This document shows, piece by piece, positions 34,581-47,479 of a DNA stretch of 64,000 nucleotides. The translations under genes and the position numbers were made by a program. The notes under the pieces were generated by a model, which was not told the DNA's origin, searched no databases, and worked only from the letters and a program-made list of their open reading frames with translations. The stretch comes from Raillietiella orientalis (taxonomy: Eukaryota): contig JAYWIR010000009.1 in NCBI GenBank assembly GCA_036172245.1, positions 2,914,001-2,978,000 on the forward strand, in the 5' to 3' direction. The stretch's first letter is position 1. Every line of letters starts with the position of its first letter.

Positions 34581-35899
34581 TCCATGTGCAGTGGTTGCAT
34601 TCACGTGCGCAGATGAAGCAAACACATGTGAGCTGCGTAAGTATGCTCATACACGGACAAAATATTCATACGTGGCGATACCCACATCGTATGTGAAATA
34701 AACGTGCGCAGGTGAATCCCACATGCGCGTGTGGAGTACGCGTGAAGTGGTTGCAGGCGTACGCACACGTCTGGACGCGACGGAAGTCCCGGTGTTCACG
34801 CCCGTGCCACATCGGCGTGCGCGAAGCGCTGGCGCGCATGTCGGGATGGAAGCGTTCCCTTGGCGCAGACCTTCCGCGCCGGCGCGCGTCCGTCCGGAGC
34901 GCCTGGGAGCGGCTCCTCCGTTGGGAGCGAAGAGACGGGGCTGGAGGTGGAGGAAGCCTCCCCCTCTTGTGCGAGGGGGAGGCTTCCTCCACCTCCGGCC
35001 CCGGGAACGGAAGAAGAGGTCCCAGGAACGGAAGAAGCTCCAGGAAGGCCTGCGGGATTACTCACGGGAGAGTCTCGGGTCGGACGGTGCGTGCGTGAGT
35101 GCGAGCGAGCGAGCGCTCGAGGAAAGATATCGACAAAGCGGATGGTCGCTCGTGGGAGACCAGCGGGCCATGTCCAGTCGAAAGGCTTGAGGACATCAGG
35201 TGGATCGAAGACTCCGGAACCTTTTTCCGGATGCTATCCCACTTACCCCTTTCCTCCCCCCTCTTCCCTTCGGAAGGTTTCCGTTGAGGATGGGGAGGAG
35301 GGGGAATGGGGGAATTGCCCTCCGCTCCCCCCCCCCCCGCGATGATGGCCGCGTCTCCGACCGCCGCGGAGGGCAACGCGAACCTCACCTCGCGACCTGA
35401 CCCGTCTGCTATCCTCGAGTGACGCGGCCCCACGGCGCCACGGATTAGCCCCCACTCAGAGCCCGGGCAGGACTTAATGACCCTGCTGCTAATTTCTGCC
35501 GCTGCACATGAAGATGCGGGGCGAGATGACGGAGGAACGCAGATTGCCACTGCAAACGTCCACCACGGAGGTCCCCGTGCACGGCATGTGCCGTTCCCGG
35601 GGCGATGAAAGCAGGAAAGCAGGATGAGGTGCCCTCGATCCTCAGCACCCTACCCAGCGGGCGTTCCCCTGCGCGCTCCCTCCTAGTGGGATGAGGATCA
35701 GGTAAGGGCGTGCCGGGTTCGCTCGCCCGCACGCCCGAGGCCACCGGTCAGTTCGCTGGAGGTCTGGTTGTGTCATTGAGGAGCCACTTCGCCGAGGATA
35801 CTCTCCACGCGCCGCATCAAAGGAACCGCGGGTGGTGGGCGCGGTAGACCTCGTCCAGGCGACAGCAAACCGCCGAGCGGCCCCTGGAACACCGTGTGA

Positions 35900-36800
35900 C
35901 CGGCGCTCTTCGGGTAAGACCCCCGAGCTGGACGCCTGCGGGTCCCTGGACTTGTTCGATCGGTGGAGGGCGAAATGGCTGCTGGTCGTGGAGGGTCAGT
36001 GGCGGGGAATCAGCAAAGGAGGAGGTGGGGCAGTCAGACGGTCAGAAGAGCAGCGATCGCAATTCACGAGTGGCGAGCAGCATCCAGAAGGAGAATGGAC
36101 CACTCGGTTTCCTTGGCAGGCTAGGGGGCTTTGGAGGAGGGCATCCTTAACTTCCACGGTCCCTGGGAGAGCAGAGGAACAGAGACGTAGGCAGTACATT
36201 TGACCGTAAAAGGAGACTATGCGCAAGTTGCCCCGTAAGAACTTTCGGGGACCATCGCAAATCGGCATCCGAGTCCTCTGCACTTCAGGAGAACCAAACT
36301 ACCCTCCTAGGCTGGAGGTCAGGGCCTGGGGTTGCGCACTCGGCGGGGCCTGCCAAAGAAGCCACTCAAACGCTCAGCACGGACTAGCATCCTCCTCCAC
36401 CTTTTCTTCTCCCGTTCCTCCTCATCATCAGCATCTTCGAAAGCAGCCTACCGCAAGCTGACTTCCTAGTTGACCTCCGGGTATGCCAAAGAGTCCTTTA
36501 AAGTCTCTTGGGGACTCCTTGCCCTGCCACCCTTCCAGTAGCCGACCTTTATGAAATTCGAATGCCTGCGGTTTCTGTTAGTCGGAGCTCCGTGGGCCTT
36601 CGGGGCGTTACCTGCGGTGACCGCTCTGCAGTGTTCGGATAACTGGATGACGATTAATGGGGGCAAAAATTTTTCCGCAACTGGATGGGTAGCATCGATG
36701 ACCTTGAAAATCCATGCGCTCGCCGGGATCATATGATCACTTCGAGCCTCCCGGATCGAGTTTCTTATCAAGGTTTCCACCTTTGGAGTCCCTTCACCTC
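35900..36800 (+). mobile_element. Decayed non-LTR RT fragment
   Basis: In order: SEEQRSQFTSG (QxGFRxG), AQHGLASSSTFSSP (QGxxLSP region), MTINGGK (GLxxNxxK), VSYQGF (YLG). Confidence 0.45.
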
Positions 36801-36914
36801 CCTGAGAACACCCCAATCAGGAGTTGCTTTAGAGGTCTCATTCCTGAGGCAGAGGGTCTCTCCATATGCCGGTGTTCGATTTCCTCTTTCCCATAACGGA
36901 TCTTAACTTCTCCT

Positions 36915-37320
36915 TGTTTTCTCCCTACTCCCTTTCTTCTCTTCCTTCTTTTTCTCTCCCTTTCCTTCTCCTCGTTTCCTCCTCTCCCCCTTTTCCTCCT
37001 TTTTTTTCCTCTTCCTGCTTCCTTCCTCCTCTTCCTCCCTTCCTTCTCCTCTTCCTCTCTTTCCTCCCTTCCTCCTCTTTCTCCTTTTCCTTCTCCACCT
37101 TTTTCTCTTTCCTCTTCCTCCCTTCTTCCCCTTTTACCTCTCCTCCTCTTTTTCCTCCCTTTTTCCTCTTCCGCCTCTTCCTTCCTTCCTCCTTTTCTCC
37201 TCCTCCTCTGTTTCGTGCTCCACTCTTTTTCTCTTTCCTTCCCCTTCCTTCCTTCTTCCCCCCTTCCTTCCTCCTCCTCCTCCTCATTCTCATCCTCATG
37301 TCATTATTATCACCATCATC
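36915..37320. repeat. Long degenerate polypyrimidine (TTC/TCC) tract ending in (CAT)n; largest of many such tracts
   Basis: Almost pure C/T for about 370 nt. Similar tracts occur at ~960-1100, 11140-11340, 14240-14390, 16770-16890, 18560-18730, 27830-27930, 28700-28860, 43620-43860 and 51660-51750. Confidence 0.9.
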
Positions 37321-38799
37321 AGCCCAATGATACTGCTGCCGCGACTGCTTATCCCTAAGTACGCAGCATATCCGTCGACCGACGCACCATCTCATTCGCA
37401 TTTCGCAGCAGCTTTTCGTTGTGACCGGTCGTGGCTTCCTGCGAGGGGTCAGCTGTCATCTCGTGTATGACCGACTTCGCGTCCGTCCACCCGGTGGAGC
37501 GTCCGCGGTGTGGAAAGCCGCGAGCTGCTGCCCGCAGTTTCTTTCCTTTTCCTCCGCTCGAACATCAGCAGTATGGAGGGCTGCCTCCCTGGCCGCGGCC
37601 CTGACCACTGCCGGAGGCAGTTAACATCGAGAGGCGTGCCATTGGGTCACTCTCCCCCGACGGTTCCCTCTCTCCATGGGCCTACTCGTTCTCCTCCCCT
37701 GCAGTTTCTCTTCGTGGGAGCTGCAGACCGAGGTGTGAGTCCGAGTCCCGGAAGCGAAGGAGGGGGAGGGTCTTGGAAACCCGAGGCGCTCTCCCTCGTA
37801 AGGGATCGTCGGCGTCCGGATGTTTGAGCGGACTCCGCATGAAGGGCATCTCGACCGGGAGCAAGGGGGCTGCTTCCGGTCGAGAGCCGACTGGAGTGCA
37901 GAAGGGGGCGCTCCGACCTTCGCCGCCACCGCGAAGGATGGGTGCGCCGACCACGGTGGTCGATGGCTAGGAACCGGCGCGCGCGCGCGGTAGAAGGGGA
38001 CGCAAAGCGGATCGCGGCGCGGGAGAGGAGGGGGTAACGGTCCCCAGATGTAGCTCGAGGGGCAACCCTGGAAGTGGCGCGCGAGTCAACTCGAAGCGGA
38101 GTGGCCTTCCCGGAGGCAGCGGGAAAACAGACGAAGGCGGGAGCGAGCAGTGGCTGCTTTCTGAAACGAGGAGGGGGAGGGGAAGATTCATTTCCTTCTG
38201 CTTTTAAGGGTGGGAACGAAGGGTGGTGCTCCGTGCTCCCCTTATGGATGTGGACGTCCACATCTGCTGCCTCTTTTGCCCTCTCTGTTTGCTTCCCATC
38301 TCACAGTCGCGGGAATGCTGGCCGGTTTGGACCCCCCACATTCCAAGAATTGCCCTCATCGTAAGGACCATTCCCTTCCGATTTAGGCAAGCAGCGAAGA
38401 TGCAGCATCCCCGAGAGATTTCCGATCCGATCCGGAATCCGGGAGAGGGCGGTTCCGGGGGTGCACTCCGGTTTCCCTTGCGTGCAGGGCGCTCCCGGAG
38501 GCTTGGTTGTGAGACCGGGGCGTCCCAGGATCGGGGTCGAAAGCCCGTTTTTCCTCCTCCTCTCCCTTTTCTACTGCTCCTTCTCCTTCCTGCCTGCTCC
38601 CTCCTTACCCTCCATCCGTTCCTCCTCCTCCCACCCCTACAGGCCCCGCATTCTTTGAGATGTCCGGGAGTCTGCGCTTCGGGCGAACCTGGCGGACGGC
38701 GACGAAGCGTCCTTTTCTGGACCAGGAGTCCCACGGGTCTTCCTTTGCTCTCCCGCGGAAGGGCCGGGGAAACGCGGACCTGCCTCTGGGGCTAGGCTC

Positions 38800-39600
38800 T
38801 GGAAGCGCCGCCGGATCGCCCCCGGGGAAGTGCAGTGCCCTCTTCAAGCACCGTCATGCAACTCCACACGCAGCTTCTCCATCCCCCGGAGTGGGAGGCG
38901 TCCATGAAGCTTTCTCTGCGGGCACCCCTCTTCGGTCTGAGGCTACGTCGTCCGCTCACGCCTGGGGCTGCAGAGGGGAAATCCCCGCCCCCCTTTCCCT
39001 TCGAAGCTGGGCGGGATGCCTTAATGCCTGAATGGGGCCTCTCTGCACTTGCTGACTGTGCCCCAGAGTGCATATGCACCGCGCAAGGTCACGACTCCCT
39101 CCGGCTCTAGTCGGGCTGGGAGCGCGGTCCCCGGATCGCTTCGGAGTTTGCCGGGCAATGGGCGTCCCGGCCTGCGTCGTTCCCCCGTGACCCCTGACGT
39201 CTCTCGGGGATGAATGGAGAAATGGTAGGGTCCGCGCTGTCTACAGAGCTCTGGAGTGCCTCTGTGCGTAACGACAACGCGTGCCCAGCCAGGCAGAGCG
39301 CAGAAACCGACCCGGGGCCGGGGAGTGAGGTGGTCGGTGCTGTTGCGGAACCGCTCCCGCGAGAATCTGCAGCGTCCGAGGTCAGGTCTTGCGCCCGCGG
39401 GCGACAGGAAGAGGATGCGGAGTCCCGTCTTTCCTAACGGCAGACCGCCAGAGGGACCGCGTCGCGTCAGACGAAGCGCAGACGGCGCTTCCCTCTGACC
39501 CCGACGCTTCCTCGAGCGGAATCCGCAGAAAGAGAAAGCGCCACCGAGGAAACCACGCGAGAGCGTCCTTGAAGGATCGCGTTGCATCAGTTGCCGGTGG
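38800..39600 (-). mobile_element. Decayed non-LTR (RLE-type) RT fragment
   Basis: PRVGFCALPGW (QKGFxPxxGC) upstream of A*ADDVA at ~38960 (YADD with a stop). Confidence 0.55.
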
Positions 39601-40444
39601 CGATGGTTCCTCATCCGATGCTGGATAGCAGCGCGCCAAAGAGACGAGGACGGCAGCTTCCCGGATTCCTCAAAAAGTGAAGAGCTCGCGAATTCGGGAA
39701 CGGAAGGGTGGATTCGCAATTTGTGGAGGAAGGGGATGGAGCGCCGTTAGAAATGGATCCTCTCCTTCTGTCCAATCAATTTCGTTCCTCGTCTAGAGAC
39801 CGTGAAGCATGGACCAGAAGACGGAGCTCCGAGCCCGCAGCCACGCCGGGGAAAACTGACCTTTCTCCCGAAACGTCTCGTCGGAAAAGCAACTGGAAGG
39901 ATTGATGAGGCTGCAAGTGAAATTAGTGGACGATAAATGGCGTCGGCCGAACCAACTGGGAAAACCAGCAACGCGCCGTTACACATGCACGACAGGGGGC
40001 GCCTTCGAGGCAGAGCCGCGCTCAATCAAAACGCTGGACCGTGATGGGCGCTCCGGAAACGCGTTTTCCGCCGCGGATAGTGCCAGGTGGCACGGCACGC
40101 GATTTGGGGAAGGTGGCACATGGCGTCCAGCACGTAAGTAGCAGCATGTACGTACCGTGCTGAGCCACGGTACGTACAAGGCACATAGTGAGTATAACAT
40201 GATACGTGTGACCCGGTGCGAACGAGGACAGTTTCGTGATGCCAGAAGATGGACGCAGAGCAGGGAACGAAGGCACTCCCCGGGAGGCGTGGTGATTCTC
40301 CAGAGTCTCAGCAGATCGTAGGAGCTCCTGCTGTTTCCAGGAGGATGATCTGGATGATTTGATCCGAGAAAAACTTCGCTTGCGAGGCGAATTCTTTGGT
40401 AGGTCTCCGAAAAGAAATTTCTACGGGAATTTTCCTATTCCAAC

Positions 40445-40681
40445 GTGGAGCTCCGCGAAGAGCGCTCACTTCCCTCGGAGGAGGAAGTGGGACGGGCATA
40501 GCAACACGTCCCACTGCTTTCATGGCAACGAACGGGAATGTGCTCTAACCGCGGATTGTGGACAGATTCCTCCGTGAAGTTGCAAGCTGTGTCGTCTTAG
40601 ACGGCCACGTACGGATCCCCACTGACACCACGAAGGAAGTTGCAGCGCCCAAAGAGGCGTTCCCATGAAGACTGCGCTCTT
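40445..40681 (+). repeat. ~240-bp direct repeat copy 1 (possibly Gypsy integrase N-terminal remnant)
   Basis: Aligns base by base with 42086-42322. The translation RNVDGFLRKVASC..P..APKEAF weakly resembles the integrase zinc-finger/rve junction. Confidence 0.8.
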
Positions 40682-40959
40682 GTTCTTCGAAGCCCCCGGT
40701 CGAATGCTTGCGGCTCCACTTCAGGAAGGGGGCCGCTGAGCAGGCATGCTGATGCCGACAAAAATGCTCCTGGAGTTTTTTTTTTTCTTCGATCGGGCAA
40801 AGCGTCCTAGGAAGCAATTACCCTCGCAATTAAGTAATAACTTGCTTTCCCAGGAAGTCTCCTCTGAGGAAGAACGCTCATGCATCACGGAAGCTGCCTA
40901 GCAACCTGTTTCTAAATTCCGCTTCATGACATCGCGGCTCTGTGGGCTGAATTCAGAGG

Positions 40960-41500
40960 CGTGGGTGGTCCTCTGAGCCGGTGAGCGTCATTTCTTGTTT
41001 ACTGGTGGTCACCTGAGATTCTCCGGTGTCCTGCCTAAACCTGCCACTCCACATACGTGGCGGCCATTCAAAGATGTGGCGGTGTGGAAGGCGCCATTGC
41101 CGCGCGCCTTCATCTGTCATTTGCCGAAACCATCGCGTGAGAAATGCTGGTTGCCGTCCTCAAGGTGATCCGGTGAACCCAAGCCAAAGGAGCGGGCAGT
41201 CTCCAGCACAAAACCTCTCCGAGCCATCGCCCTCGATACCACCCGTCCTTGCAAGGGCTCGAGAGGGACAGCAGAGGAGAGGAATCGATGCAAGGAGTAC
41301 TTCTCACCCAGAGGAGCCCCCGCAGTATTCCTGGAAGCTCTGCTTTCAGAGGAACATCGGGATGCCGAGAAAAGTCGAGTGGTCGGCCTCATGCACGCGA
41401 AACACACGAAGTCAAGGATGGAACACAGCAACAAGCAACATCGCAGCCGGGGATGTGCCGTCTGAGCAAGAAGACTAGCACCTGTGGCAACGAGGCCGTT
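40960..41500 (+). mobile_element. Decayed non-LTR RT fragment
   Basis: RPQGDPVNP corresponds to the QGDPxSP motif. The surrounding sequence is frameshifted. Confidence 0.5.
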
Positions 41501-42085
41501 TCCCTGGACAGCCTCGACGGATTGTCGACATGGAAGACATTTTTTTTTTGTATGCCTTCAAACTTTGGGTGAACGCTCCGTATCCTCTTGATGGACATGC
41601 TGCCTCTCCAGGTGGAAGGCTGTATGAACCTTCTGAAGAGAAGAGGACAGTGGACGATCGGGCATGAGAGTGAAGGTCTCGCCTAGTCCTGGAAGCTTGT
41701 GTCTCCATCGCTTGGTGAAGAAAGGTGGGGAAAAGTTGGGCAGAAAATCAACCTACAATCTGTTCCGAGAGAGGTCTCAGGAAAAGGAGATGGATGGGAA
41801 GATTTCCAGAATGAGCTATCATCTTCTGTTTCCATGTAGCCTTCTTTTATGGTGGCTCTCTGGTGGAGAGAAAATGGCTGAACCTTCTTCCGGTCCGGGA
41901 GGTTCTCGAAGGGGACATGGCGCCCCTGACCGGCACTAGACCGCTGGATGACGGAGGTGAGCTTCCGTTTCATCCTGGTACGTGGAACTTGAGGCCACTG
42001 ACCCGCTATCCCCGTCTGCCGGCTGCACCCCCATGAGCGAGGAGTCCACAAGCTTTACCTCCCATCACCGCCAAACCCTTCAAAA

Positions 42086-42322
42086 GTGGAGCTCCTCGAA
42101 GAACGTGCACTTCCCTTGCAGAGGTAAGTGGGACGGGCATAGCAACACGTCCCACTGCTTGCATGGCAACGAACGGGAATGTGCTCGCACTGCGGAATGT
42201 GGACGGATTCCTCCGTAAAGTTGCAAGCTGCGTCGCATTAGAGGGCCACGTACGTATCCCCACTGACACCACGAAGGAAGTTTCAGCACCCAAAGAAGCG
42301 TTCCCTTGGAGACTGAGCTCTT
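42086..42322 (+). repeat. ~240-bp direct repeat copy 2
   Basis: Homologous to 40445-40681. Both copies keep the hairpin agtgggacg-N12-cgtcccact. Confidence 0.8.
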
Positions 42323-42859
42323 ACCCCTCGAAATCCTTCCAAAGGCATTACCAGACGTCCACTGTCTCGGATCTTCATCCTCGAGTGAAAGTTGGGAAAG
42401 GGTTTCTGTGCGCAGCATCTCGGTCCAGAGATCTTTCAGCAGTGAGCAGTAAAGATCCCTCCTCCTCCCAAAAGCTGTACTTTCGACTTACGCCCTCCTC
42501 TTCAGATCGACTTCTAGTACGTGTGCACTGCTTGAAGACATTGCTTGCTGTAGTGATTTCGGTCGTTTACCTTCTCTCGGACGAGTCCGCCTAGCCACAT
42601 CTTCGAGGGTTTCTGCCTTCTTCTTGTGAAGGAACGGCCCAACCTCATTTCTTTTCGGAAACATTTTGGTTCAGCTGCAACTTGCAGAAGAGACGATGTC
42701 TTTCTTCTGGTTTGTCTTTGCCACTTTCTTCTCCATGTAGTCGAAGTCGTTTCCTTTGACTTTAGCCTTTTCGTACTCCAACGGCTGTCAACTCTTTAGG
42801 ATGAGAGGCCTTCCTCACAAACGCAGGATAGCTGAGGTGAAGGAGGGGTAGTCATAGCA

Positions 42860-43480
42860 TCAGCGTGGGTGGGAGAAAGCTGCCGTGTCCGATGGTCTTC
42901 TAGAACGAAGAGGAAGGTCAGCGTTGCTATGATAGGGACTCAGGATGTGGCGATTCCTGGGAGCATTCTCCGGATTGGGAGGAGGGCGAGAGAAGAAGGA
43001 ATGTTGAAGTAGGGTGGGCACCCCTGCTCGACAGAGTGCAGGAGACATTGTGAGATCGGCGACGACTTTATAGCTACGAGACTCTCGATGGCATCGACGT
43101 CGCTAATGACCGCGCAGCTTCTGTCGAAACATATCTTGCGCGACCTCTGTGAAGGTTGGGAGTTTGCTGTGCTGCCTTGTTGCAGTGGATGAGCAGCTGT
43201 CACTCCCAGGTAATCCTTCCACATGTGCACCTCGCTCATCGTCATGGCACCTGTCAACTGGCACCCGGGTAATGACTCACGGTATGCGGACGAAGTACTA
43301 CAGTACGCGTAGCGTCTGCCACCTAGTGGGTGGAGCACGGCGCCCGAAACCTGTGGTTCGCCAGTGGTCCAACACTGGCGAGCCGCAGGGAGACTCCCAA
43401 GGGAGCAGCCACGGTGGCTGAGGTGCTGCTTCCTTCCGGACCCAGAAATCCCCTCGGCCGAACGAGTGCGCCACCAAGGA
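42860..43480 (-). mobile_element. Decayed non-LTR (RLE-type) RT fragment
   Basis: RESLPGC, VEQGCPPYFNI (GVxQGCPLSPxLFNI) and HSNADL (YADDL). Confidence 0.6.
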
Positions 43481-43939
43481 CGGATTCGATTCCTAATGGA
43501 TGTGCTCCCTATCTGAACCCGCTCTCCCTCCGGCTGTTCCTTCCATCCTCTCATCCAGCACCGGCGGTCCGGAAATCGAAAGAAACAGGAAGCCGTCGAG
43601 CTTTTCCTCGTCGGGGAGGCGCGCTGGGATCTCGGTTTCCTCCTTTCCGTTCCTCCCCTTCCCCTCGCTACCACTTTTTCGGATGCTGAGTCTGCACTCT
43701 TCTCCTTCGGAGGGAAATTTCCCCTCCTTTGTCTTCCATCATTCGCATCCTCCCACAGCGTCTGCTCACAGAGACCTCCTCTTCCTCCTTCTCTTCACAT
43801 GTATCCCAACTCCTGTTTATGCTTTATGGAACTCCTCTCTCTCCTCTCCTTACCCTATTCTGTCCCTAGTGGGGCATGCTTTTCCCGTTCAGGCCGGCAC
43901 ACGATCCTCAAGAGTTTATTATTTTTAAATAGGTGGACC

Positions 43940-44400
43940 AGAAATGAGAGAGTCGATGACTCCGGATGCCACCTGTAGGTTCCCTGTTTCTCTTCCTTTT
44001 GCACCTCTGCGAAGACTAGGTGACCAGAAGAGAAAAATAGGAAGGGGACCGCAGTGTCCATCAACACTTCCTTGGATTATCGTTGCTGGAGATTATGGAG
44101 CGTCTCGGCAAAACAGGAATCTACGGGATCCTAACGCGGAATGGTAAGCAGCGGTCACACAGAGAATAAAAAGTGCGAGTGGAGGGATTCTGGACGATTC
44201 GAGACGAAGAGGGACCTACGGAGGGTAGGCTGTCCTGTTCTTGACGACAGGACGCCGTACGAGAACACGGCAACAGGAAAAAACGGCCAAGCAGGTGATG
44301 CCACGAGGCCACTGTCGGAGAAACCACGTGGAAGGTTCCCTCCCTCCACCGAGCTTCTGCCATGAGCCACAGTGCAAACCAGACCGGCGCGGCAGCCAGA
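43940..44400 (+). mobile_element. Decayed APE fragment
   Basis: PWIIVAGDYGA (xIxxGDFN) with a downstream CHEP (SDHxP). Confidence 0.45.
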
Positions 44401-44639
44401 AAGCACGGGAATGGATTCTCCTTGCGTATGCCTGAACCTCCCTCAAGATGGCCTCGCGGGCTGAGGGTTTCGAGGTGCCCATCAGGTCATGCCGGGGCAT
44501 TTGTCCAAAGAAAAATGGTCAGACAAGTTGGAAACGCAGCTCCTAGAGGAAAGCGGAAAGAAGTTCAAGAGAGGAATTCACAGGCACGCAGATCAGCCAT
44601 TCTAAAAGTGCGGCATGGACGCAAAAGGACTTTTTAGGC

Positions 44640-45200
44640 TTCTATTGTTTCCTCTTCCTAGAACTGGCGCTGGATGTCGGCGATCTCTGACTAGACTTCT
44701 CTTTCCTTTAGGTGGGGCCACCTCGCAGACGTCCTCATGTAGGCGGCTGCCATGCGGGATGATCCCGCATTCTGCATCCGAGACTCCAGCGCGTGGCGGG
44801 CTGTGATGATGGAGTGGAGGCGGCATCTCTTCGCAGCCACGGTGCCTGTCGAGGACGAAGAATCATCGCAGCAGCGAGTTCTTGGCAGCGTGCTTGCTTC
44901 TTGGCTAAGATCAAAGCGTGGCGCAGGAACGTTGGAGACAGCCTCCCCCGCAGTCCGCGGAGGACACCGTGGTCTAGCAGCAGGTGCGGGAACCATTCCG
45001 TAGCCCTGCACCTTCAACAGCTTTGGGACACAACTCCCTCCAGAGACTCTTAGCGACATCCGGGCGTTTTCGCAGGCGCCAAGGGAAGCGCACTTGGTTG
45101 CGGCGGCACAGCACGGCGTCGCATGGAAGACACCGGGAGTAGCAGAAGGCGCTCTTCGGGATCGTTCGATCTGCGACAACCGTGCGAGTCGAAATCCCCG
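44640..45200 (-). mobile_element. Diverged Tx1-like 3' coding fragment, copy E
   Basis: RTSARWPHL motif, homologous to the C-terminal segment of copies A, C and G. Confidence 0.5.
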
Positions 45201-46299
45201 AGAGGATACGCGCAAGCCGTCGTTCCTGGAGATTCGGCTGCTCCCTGAGGCATGTGTTCTCACCACGGGCAGCCCAATCGCCCACTTCCTTCCAACCCAT
45301 AAACCGGAACGCCTAGCGGCATCCCATTTTGATTGCACTTCAAGGGGAACACTACAGTGTCCACGCAAAGGCCACACATTCTTCAGCGCAGCACGAAGTG
45401 GTTCGCTCCGCTGGAGACATTCCTTCGCCTTGGAACGGGGAGTGGCGTCGTCCACCAGCCAATGCAATGCCGCAAAAGAACACCTACTCCGCCGGCTGGC
45501 GACTGTCGCTGCATGCCCTCAGGGCAGGCGGCGTTTCCGCAAGAAGTGCAGGGTCACTTCTCGTCCCGTCTTGCAGCACGCTCAGGGGGTAGCTCAGGGG
45601 AGATCTCAGGGGATCGACTCCCCGCGGATGAGTATTTCCAGGTTCGCAGCCCGGGACACAGCCGCCTCATGCCGCCAGGCATCGAACTCTCTGGGTCACA
45701 GGAGACCCGTCGTCGTCTTCCCAAAGCGAGGGCAGTTGCTTCAGCGGGAATCGCGTGCTGGCGGAAGGTTGGCAGCAACTAGCGTCGCTACCGACACGCC
45801 ACATCCTTCGGCGATGCGATCGAGGCTCAGGGCTTCTTTCGCTTCTGCCGCGCATCCTACGGCGTAGGTTGCAGATTTGACTGCTTACTGAGACATCAGT
45901 CCTCACTCACTTCTGGTAGCCCACCCGCAGTTCCCCTGTCGCCCCATAAACAGGCACTCCTGACTTCAGAAGGCTCTGGAGTCGTGGGTCACTCTTTGGA
46001 AGTTCACCCTGAGGAACTGGGTCCGCTGCAGAATCTTCTGTACAATGGATATATATCCCGCAGGACTGGACGCACTGGTCCCGGATAGCCTTCACGTCCC
46101 TTGTCGCAGCACTGTCTGCCCTCAGGGCAAACGACGACAGCAGCCAACCGGCCGGATGGGAGTTCTCCCGCAGTATCGCAGGAGTCGAGAAACTCCTGGG
46201 CGGCTGCAAGGCGAACGGGCGGGCTGGTGAGCGCCACCACTGCGTCGGTGGATTGAGCTGCTTGGTGCATCCCTCGAAGAACTCGTGGTCCCTCCCCTG

Positions 46300-46590
46300 G
46301 GTGTGGACACCTCCGTGTTCCCGCTCCGGTGGAAACCACAGGATGTCCTGCTGTTTCTGCAATGGGATTACTAGTGCCATCAGTGCAGACACCCGATTTC
46401 CGGGTGAGTTGCCTCCCCGAACTGTTCCAGGTGCGGGGCAATGGGATCGCTCCCGCACCTCCTGTTGGACTGCGGTGCCCTGGAGGACACGAGGCAGAGA
46501 CTGTCTTGGGCGCTCCGACAACCGCATGACCACGCTTTGGACGTGCGGCGACGCCTGTTCGCAGAAAGCGGGCTAAAGAAGGGCGTTGTG
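46300..46590 (+). mobile_element. zf-RVT fragment truncated by copy F
   Basis: PNCSRCGAMGSLPHLLLDC..DVRRRLF. Confidence 0.7.
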
Positions 46591-46599
46591 ATTTCACAT

Positions 46600-47450
46600 T
46601 CGGGTGCTCCGGGGCGTTTATTACTCTTACAGGGATCGATGGAGCCAAAAGGCTCACCGATTCCAATTAATACAACGAAAAAAAGGGGTAAGGCCATGGT
46701 CAGCCACGTCCAAGAAGGGAAAGGGGGATGAAACAAAAATAGAAAAAAAAGGAAACAAACAATAAAAACTTACAAAAAAATTAATTTGGGGGAAGGGAAG
46801 GGATCACATTCCGTGGTGGGTGAGGCGTCTGCATCTGTTGAAGGATACCGGCGAGCTCCTCTTCCTTCCTTTCCAGGTGGGACGACCACCTCGAAGCTAT
46901 CCTCCGGAAGCAGATGGCATGCAGGACAGCCCCCCTCGCTCTGACCTCTCTCGGCGTCGCACTTCGCCGCGATGACACCTCGCACGCAGCACAGCGCTGC
47001 GATTGCGGCTGCGGGCGTCATGGAGTCCCGCGCGAAGAGGGGCCTCAAAGAGTCTTTGGGACCGTCCACGGGGTGCGGAAGGGACTCAGAGAAACCCTCC
47101 CACAAGCCCCGAAGGGCGATGCACTGCACTAAGAGGTGGGGGAAGGTCTCCTTCTCCCCACACCTGCCACAGTTCGGCGATGAGCTTCCCCTCGTGCAGC
47201 GGCCCCGGCGCGCATTGCACGGGAGACCCCAGTGCGGTATCAGCAGCGCCGATTGCCGTCACTTGAGGGGAAGCAGCTTTCTGTCCGTAAACCCGGGGGC
47301 ACTTCTAACTCTTCGGTCTGAATGGAGAAGAGTCCGCCCCAACGTTCCAGCCCTTTGGATCCGGTTCTTGCTGTTGCTGCGTAAGCCAGCTGTCTCGTAG
47401 TCCAACCACCGATAGGCTTCCTGCGGGCTGAGATCTCGCAGGAAATCTCC
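46600..47450 (-). mobile_element. Tx1/L1-like element 3' end, copy F
   Basis: SALLILHWGLPCNARR..PNCGRCGEKETFPHLLVQC, DPFP, T-rich tract and AATAAA followed by a degenerate terminal hairpin. Confidence 0.75.
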
Positions 47451-47479
47451 CACTTCGCTGGTAGGCAGGTGCCATGTAC

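Noticed and set aside
32810..34600. 596-aa minus-strand ORF (also 23206..24651, 56390..57544)
   Set aside because: The composition reflects CA/TG and GC-rich low-complexity DNA with few stop codons; no recognisable domain.
36915..37320. TTC/TC tracts as specific targets of the Tx1-like family (Kibi/Koshi-like)
   Set aside because: None of the identifiable 3' ends is directly followed by a TC/TTC tract.
40445..42322. Direct repeats as LTRs of a TRIM/LTR element
   Set aside because: No TG...CA ends, PBS, PPT or TSD are evident, and the interior is a non-LTR RT remnant.
44901..44916. Second U2-like match TTGGCTAAGATCAAAG
   Set aside because: Only 16 nt, with flanks that do not match U2, and it lies within a Tx1-like coding remnant. 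It cannot be distinguished from chance or a very old fragment.
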